From the human T2T-CHM13v2.0 reference genome, Homo sapiens: 64,000 nt of DNA. Location: NCBI RefSeq assembly GCF_009914755.1, contig NC_060926.1; one strand, written 5' to 3'. Every line of letters begins with the position of its first letter. Within the stretch, counting starts at the first letter, position 1. The notes below the pieces were generated by a model, which saw only the letters and a program-made list of their open reading frames with translations, had not been told where the DNA came from and ran no database searches. A program made the position numbers and the translations under genes. Positions 11,431-22,385 of the stretch are shown one piece after another.

Positions 11431-14400
11431 TCTTTTTGTAGAGTCTGCAAGTGGATATTTGGATAGCTTAGAGGATTTCGTTGGAAACGGGAATATGTCC
11501 ATACAAAACCTAGACAGAAGCATTCTCAGAAAAATCTCTGTGAGGATTGCATTCAAGTCCCAGTGTTGAACATTCTCTTTCATAAAGCAGGTGTGAACAC
11601 AGGATGTTGTAGTATATGGAACTGGAATTTTGGAGTGCTTTGTGACCTATTGTGAAAAAGGAAATATCTTCCCATATAAACTAGGCAGAAGCATTCTCAG
11701 AAACCAGGTTGTGATGTGTGTACTCAACTAACAGGGTTGAACCTTTCTTTTGAGAGAGCACGCTTGAAAAACTCTTTTTGTAGACTCTGCAAGGGGATAT
11801 TTGGACAGCTTTGAGGATTTCGTTGGAAACGGGATATCTTCATATAAAATCTCGACAGAAGCATTCTCAGAAACATCTTTCTTTGGGATGTTTGCATGCA
11901 AGTCACAGAGTTGAACTTTCCCTTTCATGGAGCAGGTTTGAAACACTCTTTTTGTGGAATCTGGAAGTAGACATTTGGATCGCATTGAGGCCTACGGTGA
12001 AAAAGGGAATATCTTCGAATAAAAACTAGACAGAAGCATTCTCATAAACTACTTTGTGATGTGTGCGGTTAACTAACAGAGCTGAACCTTTCTTTTCATA
12101 GAGCGGTTTTGAAACACTCTTTTTTTAGAATCTGCCTGTGGATATTTGGAAAGCTTTGAGGATTTCTTTGGAAACGGGAATATCTTCACATAAAATATAG
12201 ACAGAAGCATTCTCAGAAACGTCTTTGGGGTGTTAGCATTCAAGTCACAGAGTTGAACGCTCCTTTTCATAGAGCAGGTTTGAAACATTCTTTTTGTGGA
12301 ATCTGGAAGTGGACATTTGGATCGCTTTGAGGCCTGCGGTGAAAAAGGTATATCTTCGCATAAAAACTAGACAGAAGTATTCTCAGGAACTAGTTTGTGA
12401 TGTGTGTGCTCAACTACCAGAGTTGAACCTTTCTTTTGATAGAGCAGTTTTGAAACACTCTTTTTGTAGAATTTGCATGTGGCTATCTGGACAGCTTTGA
12501 GGATTTCGTTGGAAACGGGAAAATCTTCATATGAAATCGAGACACAAGCATTCTCAGAAACCTCTTTGGGATGTTAGCCTTCGAGTCACACAGTTGATCA
12601 CTCCCTTTCACAGAGCAGGTTTGAAGCACTCTTTTTGTAGTATCTGGAAGTGGACGTTTTGATCGCTTTGAGGCATAAGGTGAAAAAGGAAATATCTTGC
12701 CACAAAAACTACACAGAAGCATTCTCAGAATCTACGTTGTGATGTGTTTACTCAACTAACAGAGTTGAACCTTTCTTTTGATAGAGCAGTTTTGAAACAG
12801 TCTTTTTGGAGAATCTGCAGGTAGATATTTGGATAGCTTTGAGGATTTCCTTGGAAAAGGGAATATCTTCATATAAAATCTAGACAGAAGCCTTCGCAGA
12901 AACACCTTTGGGATGTTTGCATTGAAGTCAGAGAGTTGTACATCCCCTTTCATAGAGCAGCATTGAAACACTCTTTTTGTAGTATCTGGAGATGCACATT
13001 TAGATCACGTTGAGGCCTATGGTGAAATAGGAAATATCTTCGCATAAAAACTAGATGGAAGCAGTCTCCAAAACTTGCTTGGAATGTGTGTACTCAACTA
13101 ACAGAGTTGAATCTTTCTTTTGATAGAGCAGTTTTGAAACACTCTTTTTGTAGAGTCTGCAAGTGGATATTTGGATAGCTTAGAGGATTTCGTTGGAAAC
13201 GGGAATATGTCCATACAAAACCTAGACAGAAGCATTCTCAGAAAAATCTCTGTGGGGATTGCTTTCAAGTCCCGGTGTTGAACATTCCCTTTCATAAAGC
13301 AGGTGTGAACACAAGATTTTGTAGTATATGGAAGTGGACATTTGGAGTGCTTTGTGACATTTTGTGAAAAAGGAAATATCTTCCCATATAAACTAGGCAG
13401 AAAAATTCTCAGAAACCAGGTTGTGATCTGTGTACTCAACTAACAGGGTTGAACCTTTCTTTTGAGAGAGCACTCTTGAAACACTCTTTCTGTAGACTCT
13501 GCAAGGGGATATTTTGACAGCTTTGAGGATTTCGTTGGAAACGGGATATCTTCATATAAAATCTCGACAGAAGCATCCTCAGAAACATCTTTGGGATGTT
13601 TGCATTCAAGTCACAGAGTTGAACATTCCCTTTCATGGAGCAGGTTTGAAACACTCTTTTTGTGGAATCTGGAAGGGGACCTTTGGGTCGCATTGAGGCC
13701 TACGGTGAAAAAGGGAATATCTTCGAATAAAAACTAGACGGAAGCATTCTCATAAACTAGTTTGTGATGTGTGTACTTAACTAACAGAGCTGAACCTTTC
13801 TTTTCATAGAGCGGTTTTGAAACACTCTTTTTATAGAATCTGCATGTGGATATTTGGAAAGCTTTGAGGATATCGTTGGAAACGGGAATATCTTCACATA
13901 AAATATAGACAGAAGCATTCTCAGAAACGTCTTTGGGGTGTTAGCATTCAAGTCACAGAGTTGAACGTTCCTTTTCATAGAGCAGGTTTGAAGCCCTCTT
14001 TTTGTGGAATCTGGAAGTGGACATTTGGATCGCTTTGAGGCCTGCGGTGAAAATGGTATATCTTCACATAAAAACTGGACAGAAGTATTCTCACGAACTA
14101 GTTTCTGATGTGTGTGCTCAACTAACAGAGTTGAACCTTTCTTTTGACAGAGCAGTTTTTAAACACTCTTTTTGGAGAATCTGCAGGTGGATATTTGGAT
14201 AGCTTTTAGGATTTCCTTGGAAAAGGGAATATCTTCATATAAAATCTAGACAGAAGCCTTCGCGGAAACACCTTTTTGATGTTTGCATTGAAGTCAGAGA
14301 ATTGTACATTCCCTTTCATAGAGCAGCTTTGAAACACGCTTTTTGTAGTATCTGGAGATGGACATTTAGATCGCTTTGAGGGCTATGGTGAAATGGGAAA

Positions 14401-15450
14401 TATCTTCGGATAACAACTAGTCGGAAGCAGTCTCCAAAACTTGTTTGGAATGTGTGTACTCAACTAACAGAGTTGAATCTTTCTTTTGATAGAGCAGTTT
14501 TGAAACACTCTTTTTTTACAGTCTGCAAGTGGATATTTGGATAGCTTAGAGGATTTCGTTGGAAACGGGAATATGTCCATACAAAACCTAGACAGAAGCA
14601 TTCTCAGAAAAATCTCTGTGAGGATGGCATTCAAGTGCCAGTGTTGAACATTCTCTTTCATAAAGCAGGTGTGAACACAAGATTTTGTAGTATATGGAAC
14701 TGGACATTTGGGGTGCTTTGTGACCTATTGTGAAAAAGGAAATATCTTCCCATATAAACTACGCAGAAGCATTCTCAGAAACCGGTTTGTGATGTGTGTA
14801 CTCAACTAACAGGGTTGAACCTATCTTTTGAGAGAGCACTCTTGAAACACTCTTTTTGTATATTCTGCAAGGGGATATTTTGACAGCTTTGAGGATTTCG
14901 TTCGAAACTGGAATATCTTCACATAAAATCTAGACAGAAGCATTTTCAGAACCGTCTTTGGGGTGTCAGCATTCAAGTCACATATTTGAACGTTCCTTTT
15001 CATAGAGCAGGTTTGAAACACTCTTTCTGTGGAATCTGGAAGTGGACATGTGGATCGCTTTGAGGCCTGTGGTGAAAAAGGTGTATCTTCGCATAAAAAC
15101 TAGACAGAAGTATTCTCATGAACTAGTTTGTGATGTGTGTGCTCAACTACCAGAGTTGAACCCTTCTTTTGATAGAGCAGTTATATACACTCTTTTTGTG
15201 GAATTTGCATGTGGATATTTGGACAGCTTTGAGGATTTCGTTGGAAACGGGAAAATTTTCATATGAAATCGAGACACAAGCATTCTCAGAAACCTCCTTG
15301 GGATGTTAGCGTTCGAGTCACAGAGTTGATCACTCCCTTTAATAGAGCAGGTTTGAAGCACTCTTTTTGTAGTATCTGGAAGTGGACGTTTTGAACGCTT
15401 TGAGGCGTAAGGTGAAATAGGAAATATCTTGCCTCAAAAACTACACAGAA
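11430..15450 (+). repeat. 10-monomer HOR block 3: one full copy followed by more diverged copies lacking dimers
   Basis: Landmark at ~11489, ~13201 (+1,712) and ~14567 (+1,366, i.e. 8 monomers). The block ends at CTACACAGAAGCATTCTCAG|AAACTTATTTGTGATGTGCGCCCTC (~15441-15485), where m3 starts. Confidence 0.85.
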
Positions 15451-18400
15451 GCATTCTCAGAAACTTATTTGTGATGTGCGCCCTCAACTAACAGTGTTGA
15501 ACCTTTCTTTTGATAGAGCAGTTTTGAAACACTCTTTTTGTAAAATCTGCAAGAAGATATTTGGATAGCTTTGAGGATTTCGTTGGAAACGGGATTCTCT
15601 TCATATAAACTCTAGACAGAAGCATTCTCAGAAACTTCATTGGGATGTTTCTATTGAAGTCGCAGTGTTGAACAGTCCCTTTCATGGAGCAGGTTTGAAA
15701 CACTCTTTTTGTAGTATCTGGACGTGGACATTTGTAGCGCTTTCAGGGCTATATTGAAAAAGGAAATATCTTCCCATAAAAACTAGACAGAAGCATTCTC
15801 TGAACCTAGTTTCTGAGATGTGTCCTCAACTAACAGAGTTGAACATTTCTTTTGACAGAACAGTTTTGAAACACTCTTTTTGTGGAATCTGCAAGTGGAT
15901 ACTTTGCTGGCTTTGAGGATTTCGTTGGAAACGGGAATACATATAAAAAGCAGACAGCAGCGTTGTGAGAAACTTCTTTGTGATGTTTGCATTCAAGTCA
16001 CAGAGTTGAACGTTCCGTATCATAGAGCAGGTTGGAAACATGCCTTTTGTCATATCTGGAAGTGTCCATTTGAAGCGCATTCAACCTTGTGTTGAAAAAG
16101 GAAATACTTTCAAATAGAAACCAGACAGAAGCATTCTCAGAAACTTATTTGTGATGTGTGTACTCAAATAACAGAATTCAACAATCGTTTTGAAGGAGCA
16201 GTTTTGAAACACTCTTTTTGTGGAATCTGCAAGTGCATATTTAGCTAGATTTGACGATTTCGTTGGAAACGGGATTACATATAAAAAGCAGACAGCAGCA
16301 TTCTCAGAAACTCCTTTGTGATGTTTGCATTCAAGTCACAGAGTTGAACATTCCCTTTCATAGAGCAGGATTGAAAAACTCTTTTTGTAGAATCTGGATG
16401 TGGACATTTGGAGTGCTTTCAGGCCTATGGTGAAAAAGGAAATATCTTCCCCTGAAAGCTAGACAGAAGCACTCTCAGAAACTTAATTGTGATGTGTGCC
16501 CTCAACTAACAGTGTTGAACCTTTCTTTTCATAGAGCAGATTTGAAACACAATTTTGTTAAATCTGCAAGAGGATATTTGGATAGCTTTGAGGATTTCGT
16601 TGGAAACGGGATTGTCTTCATATAAACTCTAGACAGAAGCATTCTTAGAAATTTCTTTGGGATGTTTCAATTGACGTCACAGTGTTGAACATTCCCTTTG
16701 ATAGAGCAGGTTTGAAACACTCTTCTTGTAGTATCTGGAAGTGGACATTTGGAGCGCTCTCAGGACTACAGTGAAAAAGGAAATATCTTCCAATAAAAGC
16801 TAGATAGAAGCAATGTCAGAAACTTTTTCATGATGTATCTGCTCAGCTAACAGAGATGAACCTTTCTTTTGAGAGAGCAGCTTTGAAACACTCTTTTTGT
16901 GGAATATGCAAGTGGATATTTGTCTAGCTTTGAGGATTTCGTTGGAAACGGGATTACATATAAAAAGCAGACAGCAGCATTCCCAGAAACTTCTTTGTGA
17001 TGTTTGCATTCAAGTCACAGAGTTGAACATTCCCTTTCACAGAGCAGGTTTGAAACACTCTTTTTGTAATATCTGGATGTGGACATTTGGAGCGCTTTCA
17101 GGCCTATGGTGAAAAAGGAAATATCTTCCCCTGAAAACTAGACAGAAGCATTCTCAGAAACTTATTTGTGATGTGTGTAGTCAACTAACAGTGTTGAACC
17201 TTTCTTTTGGTAGAGCAGTTTTGAAACACTCTTTTTGTAAAATCTGCAAGAGGATATTTGGATAGCTTTGAGGATTTCGTTGGAAACGGGATTGTCTTCA
17301 TATAAACTCTAGACAGAAGCATTCTCAGAAATTTCTTTCGGATGTTTCAATTGAAGTCACAGTGTTGAACATTCCCTGTCATAGAGCAGGTTTGAAACAC
17401 TCTTTTTGTAGTATCTGGAAGTGGACATTTGGAGCGCTCTCAGGACTACAGTGAAAAAGGAAATATCTTCCAATAAAAGCTAGATAGAAGCAATGTCAGA
17501 AACTTTTTCATGATGTATCTACTCAGCTAACAGAGTTGAACCTTTCTTTTGAGAGAGCAGTTTTGAAACACTCTTTTTGTGGAATCTGCAAGTGGATATT
17601 TGTCTAGCTTTGAGGATTTCGTTGGAAACGGGATTACATATAAAAAGCAGACAGCAGCATTCCCAGAAACTTCTTTGTGATGTTTGCATTCAAGTCACAG
17701 AGTTGAACATTCCCTTTCATAGAGCAGGTTTGAAACACTCTTTTTGTACTATCTGGATGTGGACATTTGGAGGGCTTTCAGGCCTATGGTGCAAAAGGAA
17801 ATATCTTCCCCTGAAAACTAGACAGAAGCATTCTCAGAAACTTATTTGTGATGTGCGCCCTCAACTAACAGTGTTGAACCTTTCTTTTCATAGAGCAGTT
17901 TTTAAACACTCTTTTTCTAAAATCTGCAAGAGGATATTTGGATAGCTTTGAGGATTTCGTTGGAAACGGGATTGTCTTCATATAAACTCTAGACAGAAGC
18001 ATTCTCAGAAACTTCATTGGGATGTTTCAATTGAAGTCACAGTGTTGAACAGTCCCTTTCATAGAGCAGGTTTGAAACACACTTTTCGTAGTATCTGGAA
18101 GTGGACATTTAGAGCGCTCTCAGGACTACGGTGAAAAAGGAAATATTCTCCAATAAAAGCTAGATAGAAGCAATGTCAGAAACTTTTTCATGATGTATCT
18201 ACTCAGCTAACAGAGTTGAACCTTTCTTTTGAGAGAGCAGTTTTGAAACACTCTTTTTGTGGAATATGCAAGTGGATATTTGTCTAGCTTTGAGGATTTC
18301 GTTGGAAACGGGATTACATATAAAAAGCAGACCCCAGCATTCACAGAAACTGTTTTTTGATGTTTGCATTCAAGTCACAGAGTTGAACATTCCTTTTCAC

Positions 18401-20400
18401 AGAGCAGGTTTGAAACACTCTTTTTGTAGTATCTGGATGTGGACATTTGGAGCGCTTTCAGGCCTATGGTGAAAAAGGAAATATCTTCCCCTGAAAACTA
18501 GACAGAAGCATACTCAGAAACTTATTTGTGATGTGCGCCCTCAACTAACAGTGTTGAAACTTTCTGTTGATAGAGCAGTTTTGAAACACTCTTTTTGTAA
18601 AATCTGCAAAAATATATTTGGATAGCTTTGAGGATTTCGTTGGAAACGGGATTGTCTTCATATAAACTCTAGACAGAAGCATTCTCAGAAACTTCATTGG
18701 GATGTTTCAATTGAAGTCACAGTGTTGAACAGTCCCTTTCATAGAGCAGGTTTGAAACACTCTTTTTGTAGTATCTGGACGTGGACATTTGGAGCGCTTT
18801 CAGGCCTATGTTGACAAAGGAAATATCTTCCCATAAAAACAAGGCAGAAGCATTCTCTGAAACCGGTTTCTGAGGTGTGTCCTCAACTAACAGAGTTGAA
18901 CATTTCTTTTGACAGAACAGTTTTCAAACACTCTTTTTGTGGAATCTGCAAGTGAATATTTGGCTGGCCTTGAGGATTTCGTTGGAAACGGGAATACTTA
19001 TAAAAAGCAGACAGCAGCATTGTGAGAAACTTCTTTGTGATGTTTGCATTCAAGTCACAGAGTTCAAAGTTCAGTATCCTAGAGCAGGTTGGAAACACGC
19101 CTTTTGTCATATCTGGAAGTGTCCATTTGGAGCCCATTCAGGCTTGTGTTGAAAAAGGAAATATCTTCCCAAAGAAACCAGACAGAAGCATTCTCAGAAA
19201 CTTATTTGTGATGTGTGTACTCAACTAACAGAATTCAACAATCGTTTTGAAGGAGCAGTTTTGAAACACTCTTTTTGTGGAATCTGCAAGTGCATATGTA
19301 GCTAGATTTGAGGATTTCGTTGGAAACGGGATTACATATAAAAAGCAGACAGCAGCATTCCCAGAAACTTCTTTGTGATGTTTCCATTGAAGTCACAGAG
19401 TTGAACATTCCCTTTCATAGAGCAGGTTTGAAACACACTTTTGTAGTATCTGGAAGTGGACATTTAGAGCGCTCTCAGGACTACGGTGAAAAAGGAAATA
19501 TCTTCCAATAAAAGCTAGATAGAAGCAATGTCAGAAACTTTTTCATGATGTATCTACTCAGCTAACAGAGTTGAATCTTTCTTTTGAGAGAGCAGTTTTA
19601 AAACAGTCTTTTTGGGGAATATGCAAGTGGATATTAAGCCAGCTTGGAGGATTTCGTTGGAAACGGGAATCCATATAAAAAGCAGACAGCAGCATTCTCA
19701 GAAATTTCTTTGTGATGTTTGCATTGAAGTCCCAGATGTGAACATTCCCTTTCATAAAGCAGGTTTGAAACACGCCTTTTGTCATATCTGGAAGTTGTCC
19801 ATTTGGAGGGCATTCCGGCTTGTGTTGACAAAGGAAATATCCTCCCATAAAAACTAGATAGAACATTCTCAGAAACTTATTTGTGATGTGTGTACTCAAC
19901 TAACAGAATTGAACCATCGTTTTGAAAGAGCAGTTTTGAAACACTCCTTTTGTGGAATCTGCAAGTGGATATTTGTCTAGCTTTGAGGATTTCGTTGGAA
20001 ACGGGATTACATATAAAAAGCAGACAGCAGCATTCCCAGAAACTTCTTTGTGATGTTTGCATTCAAGTCACTGAGTAGAACATTGCCTTTCATAGAGCAG
20101 GTTTGAAACACTCTTTTTGTAGTATCTGGATGTGGACATTTGGAGCGCTTTCAGGCCTATGGTGAAAAAGGAAATATCTTCCCCTGAAAACTACACAGAA
20201 GCATTCTCAGAAACTTATTTGTGATGTGCGCCCTCAACTAACAGTGTTGAACCTTTCTTTTGATAGAGCAGTTTTGAAACACCCTTTTTGTAAAATCTGC
20301 AAGAGGATATTTGGATAGCTTTGAGGATTTCGTTGGAAACGGGATTGTCTTCATATAAACTCTAGACAGAAGCATTCTCGAAAGCTTCATTGGGATGTTT
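15450..20400 (+). repeat. Mosaic transition zone: diverged 4-mer units mixed with relic X/Y-type monomers (D18Z1/D20Z2-related by inference)
   Basis: 680-bp steps are visible (ORFs 16897, 17577, 18257). They are interrupted by relic monomers at ~15730-16260 and ~18790-19320 (GAATTCAACAATCG, GACAGAACAG, AAACCAGACAG) and at ~19560-19950 (GGGGAATATG, GAATTGAACCATCG). Confidence 0.8.
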
Positions 20401-22026
20401 CAATTGAAGTCACAGTGTTGAACAGTCCCTTTCATAGAGCAGGTTTGAAACACTCTTTTTGTAGTATCTGGATGTGGACATTTGGAGCGCTTTCAGGCCT
20501 ATGGTGAAAAAGGAAGTATCTTCCCCTGAAAACTAGACAGAAGCATTCTCAGAAACTTATTTGTGATGTGCGCCCTCAACTAACAGTGTTGAACCTTTCT
20601 TTTGATAGGGCAGTTTTGAAGCACTCTTTGTGTAAAATCTGCAAGAGGATATTTGGATAGCTTTGAGGATTTCGTTGGAAACGGGATTGTCTTCATATAA
20701 ACTCTAGACAGAAGCATTCTCAGTAACTTCATTGGGATGTTTCAATTGAAGTCACAGTGTTGAACAGTCCCTTTCATAGAGCAGGTTTGAGACACTCTTT
20801 TTGTGGTATCTGGAAGTGGACATTTGGAGCGCTGTCAGGACTACGGTGAAAAAGGAAATATCTTCCAATAAAAGCTAGATAGAAGCAATGTCAGAAAATT
20901 TGTCATGATGTATCTACTCAGCTAACAGAGTTGAACCTTTCTTTTGAGAGAGCAGTTTTGAAACACTCTTTTTGTGGAATCTGCAAGTGGATATTTGTCT
21001 AGATTTGAGGATTTCGTTGGAAACGGGATTACATATAAAAAGCAGACAGCAGCATTCCCAGAAACTTCTTTGTGATGTTTGCATTCAAGTCACAGTGTTG
21101 AACATTCCCTTTCATAGAGCAGGTTTGAAACACTCTTTTTGAAGAGTTTAGATGTGGACATTTGGATGCTTTCAGGCCTATGGTGAAAAAGGAAATATCT
21201 TCCCCTGAAAACTAGACAGAAGCATTCTCAGAATCTTATTTGTGATGTGCGCCCTCAACTAACAGTGTTGAAGCTTTCTTTTGATAGGGCAGTTTTGAAG
21301 CACTCTTTGTGTAAAATCTGCAAGAGGATATTTGGATAGCTTTGAGGATTTCGTTGGAAACGAGATTGTCTTCATATAAACTCTAGACAGAAGCATTCTC
21401 AGAAGCTTCATTGGGATGTTTCAATTGAAGTCACAGTGTTGAACAGTCCCTTTCATAGAGCAGGTTTGAAACACTCTTTTTGTAATATCTGGAAGTGGAC
21501 ATTTGGAGCGCTCTCAGGACTGCGGTGAAAAAGTAATTATCTTCCAATAAAAGCTAGATAGAAGCAATGTCAGAAACTTTTTCATGATGTATCTACTCAG
21601 CTAACAGAGTTGAACCTTTCTTTTGAGAGAGCAGTTTTGAAACACTCTTTTTGTGGAATCTGCAAGTGGATATGTGTCTAGCTTTGAGGATTTCGTTGGA
21701 TACGGGATTACATATAAAAAGCAGAAAGCAGCATTCCCAGAAACTTCTTTGTGATGTTTGTATTCAAGTCACAGAGTTGAACATTCCCTTTCATAGAGCA
21801 GGTATGAAACACTTTTTGTAGTATCTGGATGTGGACATTTGGAGCGCTTTCAGGCCTATGGTGAAAAAGGAAATATCTTCCCCTGAAAACTAGACAGAAG
21901 CATTCTCAGAAACTTATCTGTGATGTGCGCCCTCAACTAACAGTGTTGAACCTTTCTTTTGATAGAGCAGTTTTGAAACACTCTTTTTGTAAAATCTGCA
22001 AGAGGATATTTGGATAGCTTTGAGGA

Positions 22027-22043
22027 TTTCGTTGGAAACGGGA
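22027..22043 (+). promoter_or_regulatory. CENP-B box, m3 type (representative; followed by TTGTCTTCATATAAACTCTAGA), one per 680-bp unit
   Basis: Perfect TTTCGTTGGAAACGGGA. The next m3-type box is at 22707 (+680). Confidence 0.95.
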
Positions 22044-22368
22044 TTGTCTTCATATAAACTCTAGACAGAAGCATTCTCAGAAGCTTCATTGGGATGTTTC
22101 AATTGAAGTCACAGTGTTGAACAGTCCCTTTCATAGAGCAGGTTTGAAACACTCTTTTTGTAGTATCTGGAAGTGGACATTTGGAGCGCTCTCAGGACTA
22201 CGGTGAAAAAGGAAATATCTTCCAATAAAAGCTACATAGGAGCAATGTCAGAAACTTTTTCATGATGTATCTACTCAGCTAACAGAGTTGAACCTTTCTT
22301 TTGAGAGAGCAGTTTTGAAACACTCTTTTTGTGGAATCTGCAAGTGGATATTTGTCTAGCTTTGAGGA

Positions 22369-22385
22369 TTTCGTTGGAAACGGGA
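22369..22385 (+). promoter_or_regulatory. CENP-B box, m1 type (representative; followed by TTACATATAAAAAGCAGAC), one per 680-bp unit
   Basis: Perfect TTTCGTTGGAAACGGGA, 342 bp after the box at 22027 and 338 bp before the box at 22707. Confidence 0.95.

Noticed and set aside
17577-17945. Longest ORFs (122 aa, here and at 62776-63144)
   Set aside because: These are simple read-throughs caused by different single substitutions in the usual TGA (TGC, TGT) of the pJalpha motif. There is no evidence of coding constraint.
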